From Caulobacteraceae bacterium (lineage in GTDB: Bacteria; Pseudomonadota; Alphaproteobacteria; Caulobacterales; Caulobacteraceae): DNA of 64,000 nt. Position 1 is the stretch's first letter. Each line of letters starts with the position of its first letter. Under the pieces are notes generated by a model that had not been told where the DNA came from, made no database searches, and saw only the letters and a program-made list of their open reading frames with translations. Shown here piece after piece: positions 12,461 to 21,812 of the stretch. The translations under genes and the position numbers were made by a program. The stretch is taken from the NCBI GenBank assembly GCA_044376615.1, contig JBILKO010000001.1, positions 6,148-70,147 on the forward strand. The letters run 5' to 3'.

Positions 12461-14454
12461 GCGAGCCGTCCTTCTTTTTTTCTGAAATCAATGAGCGGCA
12501 GGGGGTTTTCAATCGCCGGGCTTTTTTGATGGGCGGCCTGGCCGGTGCGGGCATACTGGCGCTAGGCGGACGTTTGGCGCAGCTCCAGATCGTCGATTTT
12601 GACCGATACAAGGGCATGTCGACCGCCAACCAGTTCAATTACCGCATTTCCCCGCCGCCGCGTGGCTTGATCCTTGATCGCAACGGCGTGGTGCTCGCGA
12701 CCAATCGGCCCAATTTTCGCGTGCTTATGGTCCGAGATGAGACGCATAATGTTGTCGAGACCCTTGCCGCCTTGAGCCAATTAATCCCGATTAGCGACGA
12801 GCGGCGCCGACAGCTGGGTCGAGAACTGGCGCGTACGCCGCGGTTTGTTCCCGTTGAGGTTTTAGAAGACCTGACCTGGGAAGAGTTTACGAGCGTTCAG
12901 GTTCGGGCACCGGAATTGCCCGGCATTACCGCTGATATGGGCGAGGCGCGGGTCTATCCTTATGGCGGTGCCTTTGCCCATGTTATCGGCTATGTCGCAA
13001 AAGTGTCAGACCGCGATCTGGCGGCCGCGGGCAAGGCGCCGGACCCTGTCTTGCACCATCCCGGTTTTCGGATCGGCAAACAGGGGGTGGAAAAGGCGCT
13101 CGATATGGCCCTTCGGGGTAGGGCTGGCGCCTCCAAGACCGAAGTCGATGCCGAGGGCAGGGTCGTGCGAAAAGATCCAGCAGGCGACGTCCTAGCTGTG
13201 CCCGGCAAGACGGTAGCACTCTCACTTGATGCCGATGTTCAGAACCGGGCTCTGGAAGTGCTGGGCGCGGAAAGCGGGGCCTGCGTGGTTATGGATGTCC
13301 GCACAGGCGACTTGATCTGCATGGCCTCAACCCCGAGTTTTGATGCCAACCGGTTCGTTAAGGGTCTGACGGGGCCAGAATACAGGGCCTTGGCCGATTA
13401 TGAGCGCCGCCCGCTTTTGGATAAGGCTATTTCGGGCACCTACCCACCGGGCTCAACCTTTAAGCCCATGACCGCCCTAGCTGCCCTTGAGTCTGGTTTG
13501 ATCGATCCGGATGTGACCGTTATGTGCACAGGCCAAATGTGGTTCGGGAACCGGTTCTTCCACTGCTGGAAGCGCGGAGGGCACGGCGCACAGAACCTGA
13601 ATGATGCGATCAAGAATTCCTGCGACGTTTACTTCTACCAGACCGCGCTTCGCATTGGTCCCGACCGGATTGCTGAGGTGGCAAAGGCCTTTGGTCTCGG
13701 CCAGACCTTCGATATTGGCATATCAGGGCAAAAGGCTGGCCTAGTACCCTCAACGCGCTGGAAACGGGAGAGATACAAACAAGCCTGGTATCCGGGCGAG
13801 TCGCTTAGCTTTGGGATTGGCCAGGGAGCCTTGTCGGCCAATGCCCTACAGTTGGCCGTCATGACCGCACGGCTAGCGAATGGAAAGACCGCGCTAAATC
13901 CGCGCCTGATCAAGTCAATCGGTGGCGTCGAGACACCGCGCGGCGACAAGGCCCCCGATCTTCCCTTCCAAACCGCACACATGGATATGGTTCGCGCAGG
14001 CATGGCAGCAGTGGCCAATGATGTCACGGGCACCGCCTATCGCGCCAGCCAGATGGGCCTTGGCCCTGTCCTGATGGCGGGCAAGACCGGCACGGCCCAG
14101 GTAAGGGTGATTAGCGCGGCAGAACGGGCACGCGGTGTGCGCAGCAATGAGTCACTGCCCTGGCATCTGCGTGACCATGCCCTGTTTGTCGCTTTTGCGC
14201 CCTATGACGATCCACGCTATGCCATGAGCGTCATTGTCCAGCATGGCGGCGGCGGCGCTGCGGTGGCCGCACCCAAGGGCCGAGAAATCATGCGCGTCGC
14301 CTTGCTGAAAGATGCAGATGTTCGGGCCAGGATAACCTCGCCCGTGCCGATACCATCTGTTGAGGATGCCGGTGCTGAGCCTGATGGCGGTGCCCCGCCG
14401 CCGCCAAGCGACCTAGGGCCCGCGCCCCTAGCGCCAACGGGGGGTATCACCTGA
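12457..14454 (+). CDS. mrdA: Penicillin-binding protein 2 (elongasome transpeptidase)
   Basis: 665 aa. Active-site motifs 'STFKP' and 'KTGTAQ', an N-terminal TM, and a location between mreD and rodA. Confidence 0.95.
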   Translation: MSEPSFFFSEINERQGVFNRRAFLMGGLAGAGILALGGRLAQLQIVDFDRYKGMSTANQFNYRISPPPRGLILDRNGVVLATNRPNFRVLMVRDETHNVVETLAALSQLIPISDERRRQLGRELARTPRFVPVEVLEDLTWEEFTSVQVRAPELPGITADMGEARVYPYGGAFAHVIGYVAKVSDRDLAAAGKAPDPVLHHPGFRIGKQGVEKALDMALRGRAGASKTEVDAEGRVVRKDPAGDVLAVPGKTVALSLDADVQNRALEVLGAESGACVVMDVRTGDLICMASTPSFDANRFVKGLTGPEYRALADYERRPLLDKAISGTYPPGSTFKPMTALAALESGLIDPDVTVMCTGQMWFGNRFFHCWKRGGHGAQNLNDAIKNSCDVYFYQTALRIGPDRIAEVAKAFGLGQTFDIGISGQKAGLVPSTRWKRERYKQAWYPGESLSFGIGQGALSANALQLAVMTARLANGKTALNPRLIKSIGGVETPRGDKAPDLPFQTAHMDMVRAGMAAVANDVTGTAYRASQMGLGPVLMAGKTGTAQVRVISAAERARGVRSNESLPWHLRDHALFVAFAPYDDPRYAMSVIVQHGGGGAAVAAPKGREIMRVALLKDADVRARITSPVPIPSVEDAGAEPDGGAPPPPSDLGPAPLAPTGGIT

Positions 14455-15608
14455 TGACGGCGACCGGCCTGACCCGTCCGGGCGAGCGCAATCGCCTCAT
14501 TGTTAAGTTTTCCGAGATTGACTGGTCCTTGGCCTTACTCTTGAGCCTGATTGCGGGCTCAGGCTCGGTCATGCTTTATTCGGTCGCTGGGCTTTCGTTT
14601 GAGCCGTGGGCGGCCAATCATCTGACGCGCTTTGGCCTGTGCTTTGTGATGATGATCGTGCTGGCCATGATTGATCTTCGGGTTTGGTTTGCCAGTGCCT
14701 ATCCCATTTACGCCATTGGCCTGACCCTTTTGCTCGCCGTTGAGATTGTCGGCGATGTGTCGCTGGGTGCGCAGCGCTGGCTCAATCTTGGCTTTGTGCG
14801 TCTGCAACCATCAGAAATCATGAAGATTGGCCTGGTGCTAGCCTTGGCGCGGTTTTATCACGGGCTTCCCGCAGATGAGGCGCGGCTTTCATGGCGCCTG
14901 GCTGTGCCCGTGGCCCTGATTGGCGTGCCGACGCTCTTGGTTGCACATCAGCCAGACCTGGGCACAGCGGTGCTGTTAGCGGCGACGGGCCTGTCGATCA
15001 TGGTCCTCGCTGGGCTTAGCCTCAGAGTGATCGGCGCCTTAGCCTTAGCCGCGCTGGCGGCGATCCCGCCGGTGGTGATGTTTGTGCTGCATGACTATCA
15101 GCGCAATCGGATCTTGACCTTCCTCAATCCAGAGGCGGACCCGTCCGGAACGGGCTATCACATCATGCAGTCTAAGATCGCGCTCGGCTCAGGCGGCCTG
15201 CTTGGCAAGGGCTTTGGGCTGGGCTCGCAAAGTCAGCTCGATTTTTTACCCGAAAAGCATACCGATTTTATCTTTGCGACCTTGGCCGAGGAATTTGGCT
15301 TTGTTGGCTGCGTTTCGGTCTTGGCCTTGTACCTTGCCACGATCACGATTGCCCTGCGTATCGCTAGTGTCTCGCATAGCCATTTTGGCCGCCTGGGCGC
15401 GGCGGGTGTCACCGCCACCTTTGCCCTCTATGTGCTGATCAATGGGGCCATGGTTATGGGGCTGGCACCGGTGGTTGGGGTGCCCATGCCCATGCTATCC
15501 TTTGGCGGCACGGTGATGTTGACCGTCATGATCGGCTTTGGCCTGGTCCAGGCCGTTAAGGTCCAGCGGTATTCCGAAATCACCAGCGGCCGCGGAACCC
15601 TGCTCTAG
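14454..15608 (+). CDS. rodA: SEDS glycosyltransferase RodA
   Basis: 384 aa FtsW/RodA/SpoVE-family membrane protein ('LQPSEIMKI', 'PEKHTDFIFA'). It immediately follows mrdA. Confidence 0.95.
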   Translation: MTATGLTRPGERNRLIVKFSEIDWSLALLLSLIAGSGSVMLYSVAGLSFEPWAANHLTRFGLCFVMMIVLAMIDLRVWFASAYPIYAIGLTLLLAVEIVGDVSLGAQRWLNLGFVRLQPSEIMKIGLVLALARFYHGLPADEARLSWRLAVPVALIGVPTLLVAHQPDLGTAVLLAATGLSIMVLAGLSLRVIGALALAALAAIPPVVMFVLHDYQRNRILTFLNPEADPSGTGYHIMQSKIALGSGGLLGKGFGLGSQSQLDFLPEKHTDFIFATLAEEFGFVGCVSVLALYLATITIALRIASVSHSHFGRLGAAGVTATFALYVLINGAMVMGLAPVVGVPMPMLSFGGTVMLTVMIGFGLVQAVKVQRYSEITSGRGTLL

Positions 15609-16594
15609 ACTACAAAAGCTGCATCGGTGGCCCTGACCAGGGCATCAATCGTGCCGGGCTCGGTCGAGGCGTGCCCAGCGTCCCAGATCAGGTCAAATTG
15701 GGCTTCGGGCCATTTGGACTTTATGCCCCAAGCGGTCTCCAGTGGTGTGACCACATCATAGCGGCCCTGGACGATCCAGGCTGGGATATGCCGGATCTTG
15801 TCAATATTGTCCTGAATCCACTGGTCGTGTTCTAAGAAGCAGCCATTGACGAAATAGTGGCACTCGATGCGGGCAAAAGCGACGGCAAAGCTGGGATCAT
15901 TGAACTTGTCTGGACGATCGATAGGCCCGCGGATGGAGATCGTATCGCCTTCCCATTGGCTCCAGTCTGCGGCCGCCTGGGCCTGGATGACCGGGTCGGT
16001 GCCGGTTAGACGCCGGTAAAAGGCCTGCATCAGGTCGCCGCGCTCGGCCATCGGAATATTGGCGACATAGCGCGCCCATACATCAGGGAACAGCATATTG
16101 GCGCCGTTTTGATAGAACCAGTCCAATTCTCGCCGACTACCGGTGAAGACGCCGCGCAGGATCAAGGCCTCGACCCGATCAGGATGGGCAATCGCATACG
16201 CAAGGGCCAGGGTTGAGCCCCAAGACCCCCCATAGACGGTCCATTTCTCAAAGCCCGATGCGATCCGAAGCCGCTCTATATCCTCAATCAGGGTCCAGGT
16301 CGTATTGTGTTCTAGGCTTGCTGTGGGTGTCGATCGGCCACAGCCCCTTTGGTCAAATAAGACCATGTGCCAGCGCGAAGGGTCGAAATAGCGCCGCATG
16401 GTAGGATTGATCGCGCCGCCTGGGCCACCGTGCAAGATCACACAGGGCTTGCCATTTGGCCTTCCACACTCTTCAAAAAAGACCCTATGCCCGTCTTGTT
16501 CCGGCAAATAACCGGTCTTGAAGGGCTGGGTCTCCATATAGAGGCCGCGGCGGATGGTCTCTTGCGGAAGGTGAGGTGGCACGCGGTATTCCAT
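15605..16594 (-). CDS. pip: Prolyl aminopeptidase (proline iminopeptidase)
   Basis: Motifs 'ILHGGPGGA', 'FDQRGCGRS' and nucleophile 'GGSWGSTLALAYA'. Its stop overlaps the rodA stop (shared CTAG). Confidence 0.9.
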   Translation of the reverse strand: MEYRVPPHLPQETIRRGLYMETQPFKTGYLPEQDGHRVFFEECGRPNGKPCVILHGGPGGAINPTMRRYFDPSRWHMVLFDQRGCGRSTPTASLEHNTTWTLIEDIERLRIASGFEKWTVYGGSWGSTLALAYAIAHPDRVEALILRGVFTGSRRELDWFYQNGANMLFPDVWARYVANIPMAERGDLMQAFYRRLTGTDPVIQAQAAADWSQWEGDTISIRGPIDRPDKFNDPSFAVAFARIECHYFVNGCFLEHDQWIQDNIDKIRHIPAWIVQGRYDVVTPLETAWGIKSKWPEAQFDLIWDAGHASTEPGTIDALVRATDAAFVV

Positions 16595-16598
16595 GGGT

Positions 16599-17555
16599 TT
16601 AAGCGAAACGGCGGTTAAGCCAGTCCAGCAAAATGGCGTTCACCTCATCTGGCTTTTCTTGCTGAGTCCAGTGGCCAGAGCCGAGGACAAGCGATTTTTC
16701 CAAATCCGAGCAATACTTTCCCATATTGTCGGCCATGGAAGGGGGCAAGACGGCATCTTGCTCGGCCATGATCATTAGGCTTGGGACGTCCACCCGGTTT
16801 GGTAAGTGGGCACTATCGCGCCAATTGCGGCTAAAATTGCGATACCAATTTATCCCGCCGCGAAAGCCGGACCGCGCAAACATCTGAACATAGACGGCAA
16901 GGTCTTCGGCATTAAGGAATTGTCGGTCATCTGTCGCCGGATCAAAATGCGCTAGGGCCTGATAGCTCGGCAGGTTAGCCTCGGATGGGCTGGGTGGTCC
17001 GGGCTTTCTGAGGTTGAAGCGAAAGGTCTTTTCGAGGTCGGCCTCGAAAATGGCCTCGGGCGCATCGGGCTTTTGGAAAAACACCAGATACATGTCTTCG
17101 CCCAGCTTTTCGCGATAGAGCTCGACCGGGTCGCGCGACAGTCTTGGAATATAGGGGGTGTTGAGACCAATCACCCCGGCCGTTCGGCCTGGATGGCGCA
17201 GGGGCATTTGCCAAGCGATCAGGCCGCCCCAGTCATGGCCGCACCAGATCGCCTTGTCCGAGCCCAAATGATCAAGCAAGCCGATCAGATCATCGGTCAG
17301 ATGCTGCATATCAAAGCTTTCGACCGCTGCAGGGGAGTCACTGAGGCCATAGCCGCGTTGATCAGGCGCAATAGCCCAGCGTCCAGCGTCGCTTAGGCCC
17401 CGTAATTGATAACGCCAGGAAAAGGCCAGCTCTGGCCAACCATGGCAAAAGATCACTGGAATGCCTTTGCGCGGCCCAGATTCATAAAAGGCCAGACGCA
17501 CGCCATTGGTGTGGACATATTGGACCGGCGGCATATGGGGCAGGGGATTAGGCAT
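16599..17555 (-). CDS. Alpha/beta hydrolase, epoxide-hydrolase-like
   Basis: 'CHGWPELAFSWRYQ' (HGXP oxyanion motif) and the Asp nucleophile motif 'GHDWGG'. Confidence 0.8.
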   Translation of the reverse strand: MPNPLPHMPPVQYVHTNGVRLAFYESGPRKGIPVIFCHGWPELAFSWRYQLRGLSDAGRWAIAPDQRGYGLSDSPAAVESFDMQHLTDDLIGLLDHLGSDKAIWCGHDWGGLIAWQMPLRHPGRTAGVIGLNTPYIPRLSRDPVELYREKLGEDMYLVFFQKPDAPEAIFEADLEKTFRFNLRKPGPPSPSEANLPSYQALAHFDPATDDRQFLNAEDLAVYVQMFARSGFRGGINWYRNFSRNWRDSAHLPNRVDVPSLMIMAEQDAVLPPSMADNMGKYCSDLEKSLVLGSGHWTQQEKPDEVNAILLDWLNRRFA

Positions 17556-17588
17556 GGTCGGATCCTAACCTTTTGCAGCCTTCGACGT

Positions 17589-17948
17589 CTAGTTGAGTCG
17601 CCAAACTTGCCAGGCCAAAAGCGCCCAGCCACAGAGCAAGCCAAGGCCGCCAATCGGGGTCACGGCCCCAAGCCAGCGCGGCGCGCCGAGCGCCATGGCA
17701 TAGAGGGTAGCGGCGAAAACGGCTGCCCCGCCGAGGAATAGGCCGGCGATCAGGCGAGGCCGCTTTAGGCCCAGACCAAGAACAGCTAGGCTCGCCACCG
17801 CATGGACCAATTGATAGCTGGCCCCGGTCTTGATCCAATCGCGCGCCTGGGCATCGCTAAGGCCATGGGCAGCAAAGGCACCCGCCGCCACGGCTAGAAA
17901 TCCGCTCATGGCCGCTAGGGTGAGGATAGTTCTGTTTGGCTGCTGCAT
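17589..17948 (-). CDS. DUF423-family small membrane protein (YgdD-like)
   Basis: 119 aa from the ATG at 17948 (MQQPNR...), four TM helices, 'AAGAFAAHGL' motif. The longer track ORF (to 18290) runs antisense into the next gene. Confidence 0.75.
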   Translation of the reverse strand: MQQPNRTILTLAAMSGFLAVAAGAFAAHGLSDAQARDWIKTGASYQLVHAVASLAVLGLGLKRPRLIAGLFLGGAAVFAATLYAMALGAPRWLGAVTPIGGLGLLCGWALLAWQVWRLN

Positions 17949-18065
17949 ACTTGCCCCTGGGTGACCGTTGCATTGCGCTGAAACCACCGTAACGTGGCGG
18001 CTTAGGAATTTAAACGGTCCCGTAAGAGGGCTGGATAGACCTGAGGAAACTCCAGAAGAGGAACA

Positions 18066-19181
18066 GTGGTCATGACCCTGACGCGCGGCGATGATTATCC
18101 GATCCACCAGACGCCGGAGCCGATTGCCTATTCGGGCACGGACCGCAATTTTTATGATCGCTACTTCTTCAATGGCTATGTCAGCCAGGGCGACCGAATG
18201 TTTGCTGTCGCTTTTGGCGTCTATCCGCATCTGAACATTGTTGACGCCCATTTCAGCGTCGTGCGCAATGGGGTCCAGGTCAATCTTCATGCCAGTGCCT
18301 GGTTGAATATGGAGCGGATGGCCCTGGTCGCCGGTCCGATTTCCATCCAGGTGCTGGAGCCCCTACAGCGCCTGCGGGTGCTGGTCGATGATGCCAAGAC
18401 CGGTATCAAGGCCGATATTGTTTTTGAAGGCCGGTCCTTTCCGATTGAAGAGCCGCGCTTTATGCGCCGGATCGGGCCGCGCGCCTTTATGGACTATACC
18501 CGCCTGACCCAGAACGGCCACTATACGGGCTGGATCGAGGTCGATGGCAAGCGCGAGTCTGTGGATGGCTTTAGCGGCACGCGAGACCGGTCCTGGGGCG
18601 TTCGGCCGGTTGGCGCGCGTGATCCACAAGAGGCCGTGCCGCCCGTGCCTATGCAGTTTTATTGGCTCTGGTCACCGACCAGTTTTGACGATGGCAGCTT
18701 CTTTTTCCACACCAATGATGATGCCCATGGCCGCCCCTGGAATACGCGCGCGGTCTGGGCGGCGGACCAGTCCAATGCTGAGGCGCATGTGCATTTTGAC
18801 TCTGCCCTAGCCAAGGTCGATTGGAAAAAGGGCACTCGCCATGCCACCGGCGCCGTGATTGACCTGGTCGATGAAAGCGGTGGTCGCGGTTCGGTGACAT
18901 TTGAGCCCGAGCACACCTTTTTCATGCTCGGCATAGGCTATGGGCACCCCAAATGGGGCCATGGCCTGGCGCATGGCGAGCTGGCCGTCGAGCGTGAGGA
19001 TTTCGTGCTCGCCGATATGGATGTGCGCCTGCCGCACCATCTACATATCCAGGCCCTGTCCAAGGTGACCTATCAAGATGCCAGCGGCCATGTCCGGGTT
19101 GGACGGGGGGTCTTGGAGCAATTGGTGCTTGGGCCCTATGCCCCATCTGGCTTCAAGGACGTTTTGGATTTTGCGTCATGA
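18066..19181 (+). CDS. Conserved hypothetical protein (no family recognised)
   Basis: 371 aa with coding-like composition and a 'GTRDRSWGVRP' motif. Its stop overlaps the start of the downstream kinase gene by 4 nt (ATGA). Confidence 0.6.
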   Translation: MVMTLTRGDDYPIHQTPEPIAYSGTDRNFYDRYFFNGYVSQGDRMFAVAFGVYPHLNIVDAHFSVVRNGVQVNLHASAWLNMERMALVAGPISIQVLEPLQRLRVLVDDAKTGIKADIVFEGRSFPIEEPRFMRRIGPRAFMDYTRLTQNGHYTGWIEVDGKRESVDGFSGTRDRSWGVRPVGARDPQEAVPPVPMQFYWLWSPTSFDDGSFFFHTNDDAHGRPWNTRAVWAADQSNAEAHVHFDSALAKVDWKKGTRHATGAVIDLVDESGGRGSVTFEPEHTFFMLGIGYGHPKWGHGLAHGELAVEREDFVLADMDVRLPHHLHIQALSKVTYQDASGHVRVGRGVLEQLVLGPYAPSGFKDVLDFAS

Positions 19182-20191
19182 GTCTGTCGGAAGGCATTGC
19201 CGCCTATCTGGGCCGGTTATGGAACCAGCCGATTGAGATCGAGAATCTGGCGCGTATTCCCGGTGGGGCCAGCCGCGAAACCTATCGCTTTGATGCCAAA
19301 TTGCCCGGCCAGACCAAGGCGCTGATTCTGCGCCGTGATCCGGTCGGCAGCCTGATCGATACAGACAGGCGCCTGGAATTCTTGGCCTATCAGTCGTTTT
19401 ACGATCTTGGCATTCCGGTACCCGAGCCCGTGGCCCTAGAAATGGCCGAGACCGAGCTTGAGCGGCCCTTTTTCATCATGGGGCGTATAGAAGTCGGCAA
19501 GGCGGCCAGCCCGTTTACGGTCGAGGCTTATGGCGATCATGCCGCCACGATCGGTCATCAGTTCTTTTCCTATCTGGGCCAGATCGCCAAGGCCGATCCA
19601 AAGGGCATGCCGATCAGCACAGTGGCCCCCGCCCCAAGCCTCGATACTGCCTGGTCGGTGGCCCTAGACTATTGGGCTGGGGTGATTGAGGCTGACGCTC
19701 TGCACCCCCAGCCAATTGTGCTTGCCGCGATCCGCAAGCTGCGCCGCAACCCGCCGCCACCGGCGCAAAAGCTCAGCGTCGTGCATGGTGATTATCGCAC
19801 CGGCAATTTCCTGCATGATGGCATGGGCAAGATCACAGCCATACTGGATTGGGAAATGGCGCATCTGGGCGATCCGCTCGAGGACCTGGGCTGGGCCCTA
19901 GACCCGCTTTGGGGCCATTATGATCCAACCCGAGTCAGTGGCATGCTGCCGCGTGATGAGGCCTTGGCGCTGTGGCGCAGGGTCAGCGGCCTGGAGATTG
20001 ATCTAAAGGCGCTGGACTGGTGGACCCTGTTTAATGCGGTTAAGGGCCAGGCGATCTGGGCCTCGGCTGCGAAAGAGTTTCGCACGGGCGGCCTGACCGA
20101 TCCGGTCCTGGGCTTTTCAGGCTGGTATACGGCCCGGCGTCACGACAAGATTATTGCTGATCGGCTAGCGACCTTGGAGGGCTGGCAATGA
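19178..20191 (+). CDS. APH/choline-kinase-family phosphotransferase
   Basis: Catalytic loop 'VVHGDYRTGNFL' and 'ILDWEMAHLGDPLEDLG' (Brenner and DFG-like motifs of eukaryotic-like kinases). Confidence 0.85.
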   Translation: MSLSEGIAAYLGRLWNQPIEIENLARIPGGASRETYRFDAKLPGQTKALILRRDPVGSLIDTDRRLEFLAYQSFYDLGIPVPEPVALEMAETELERPFFIMGRIEVGKAASPFTVEAYGDHAATIGHQFFSYLGQIAKADPKGMPISTVAPAPSLDTAWSVALDYWAGVIEADALHPQPIVLAAIRKLRRNPPPPAQKLSVVHGDYRTGNFLHDGMGKITAILDWEMAHLGDPLEDLGWALDPLWGHYDPTRVSGMLPRDEALALWRRVSGLEIDLKALDWWTLFNAVKGQAIWASAAKEFRTGGLTDPVLGFSGWYTARRHDKIIADRLATLEGWQ

Positions 20192-20601
20192 CCCCGACCA
20201 CGAATGAGCTCTTGCTCGGCAATTTTATGGCCCTGGCCGTGCCGCCGCCGCCGGAATCCATGGGTGAGTTCTTAAGCGGTCGCGTCGCTGTCGTCGGCAT
20301 GATCTCAATGCTGGCGGCGCAAGAGGCCGAAACGGGCGTTGCGGTCCGGGTCTGGGAAAATGGCGCTATTGCCGCGCTTTTGGCCAAGGCTGGCGCGGCC
20401 GTGCCAAAGGCTGCAGACCCGTCCGATCTAACGATCGCCGCTCTCGATGCGCATAATGCTGATCTGAGGCTGGCCTTGATCGCGGCCCATACTCACGCCG
20501 AAAGCTCGGGCAATACGGCCCTCGATCGTGAGATCCTGACCCTCTACCAGGCGATGGCCGATCGCCGCATGCTGGTTCTGCCACCGCTTCCAGGCGCATA
20601 A
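20188..20601 (+). CDS. Small hypothetical protein translationally coupled to the kinase
   Basis: 137 aa, with an ATGA overlap onto the kinase stop. Ala/Leu-rich and probably helical. Confidence 0.5.
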   Translation: MTPTTNELLLGNFMALAVPPPPESMGEFLSGRVAVVGMISMLAAQEAETGVAVRVWENGAIAALLAKAGAAVPKAADPSDLTIAALDAHNADLRLALIAAHTHAESSGNTALDREILTLYQAMADRRMLVLPPLPGA

Positions 20602-20642
20602 TGGACATCGACCACTAGCGACGACTCGGATAAGGCATTGGC

Positions 20643-21812
20643 ATGTCGCGCTGGCTACCCCTGGGTCTATTCTATTGCTGCGTCTATCTGGGGACGGGCG
20701 TCAGTTTGGCCTTTATGCCGGCCTGGTTTCGCAGCCACGGTCTGAGTGGCGCCGAGATTGGCTTGATCCTGTCCGCGCCCATGCTGGCCCGCACCGTGTC
20801 TGGGCCCTTGATTGCGCTCTGGGCCGACGGGTTTAAATTACGCCGCACCCCGATTGTGCTGCTCTCGGTCGGAGCGACGGTCGCCTATGCCAGTCTTGCC
20901 CTTGTCCAGGGGTTTTGGTTCTGGTTCTTGGCCTGGTTTATTGCGTCCTCGCTGTTTACGACCCTACCGCCCCTGACCGATGTCTTGTCCTTAAGACGGG
21001 CGCGTCTAGACGGGTTTAGTTTTGGCTGGCCAAGAGGGCTTGGCTCAGTGGCCTTTATCGTCGGCAATCTGGCCATGGGCTATTTGCTGACCCAAATGGC
21101 CAAGGACATTGTTCTGATCTGGACGATTAGCGCAGCCCTTGTGACGGCCATAGCGGCCCTGATCCTATTGCCAGCCGATCCGGTTTCGGAAGACGGACCT
21201 CGTCTCGGCCGCCGCGACCGCTGGCAAGGGCTGGGTGACCTGTTAAAGCGGCCCCTATTCTTGTGGTCGATCACAGCCTCTGGTCTGGTTCAGGCCGCCC
21301 ACGCCTTCTATTACGGCTTTTCAACCCTGATCTGGCAGGCTCAAGGCCTGTCCTCATCGACCATAGGCCTATTATGGGGCTTCGGCGTCGCCGCTGAGGT
21401 CGCCTTTATGTGGTTTGCCGAGGGCTGGCGGCACAAGTTGGGTCCAGAGCGCATGCTGGTCCTTGGCAGTCTTGGCGCGATTGTGCGCTGGGTGGCCATG
21501 GCCTTTTCGCCGCCGGTGCCGGTCTTGTTTGTGCTTCAAGCCCTTCATTCTCTGACTTTTGCCGCGACCTTTATGGCGGTCTTGCCCTTGATCGAGCGCT
21601 ATAGCCCGCCAAAGGCCGCGTCTGCCGCCCAGGTGCTCAATTCGGCGCTCTCTGGCGGTGTATTGATCGGACTGGCTATGATCTTTTCCGGCCCACTCTT
21701 TGACCGGTTCGGCGCGCAAGGCTATCTCGTTATGGCCTTGATTGCCTTGCTGGGCCTAGGGGCCGCGATCCAGGTGCTGCGCCAATCGCGCTCAGCCCCA
21801 CAGGGCCTCTGA
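20643..21812 (+). CDS. MFS transporter (HcaT/MFS_1_like type)
   Basis: 389 aa, about 12 TM segments, an 'FMPAWF' N-terminus and 'LRR' loop motifs typical of this MFS subgroup. Confidence 0.75.
   Translation: MSRWLPLGLFYCCVYLGTGVSLAFMPAWFRSHGLSGAEIGLILSAPMLARTVSGPLIALWADGFKLRRTPIVLLSVGATVAYASLALVQGFWFWFLAWFIASSLFTTLPPLTDVLSLRRARLDGFSFGWPRGLGSVAFIVGNLAMGYLLTQMAKDIVLIWTISAALVTAIAALILLPADPVSEDGPRLGRRDRWQGLGDLLKRPLFLWSITASGLVQAAHAFYYGFSTLIWQAQGLSSSTIGLLWGFGVAAEVAFMWFAEGWRHKLGPERMLVLGSLGAIVRWVAMAFSPPVPVLFVLQALHSLTFAATFMAVLPLIERYSPPKAASAAQVLNSALSGGVLIGLAMIFSGPLFDRFGAQGYLVMALIALLGLGAAIQVLRQSRSAPQGL

Noticed and set aside
17949-18290. N-terminal extension of the DUF423 ORF (track ORF 17589..18290)
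   Set aside because: The extension overlaps the start of the plus-strand 18066 gene and has no membrane-protein character. The DUF423 domain begins at the internal ATG at 17948.
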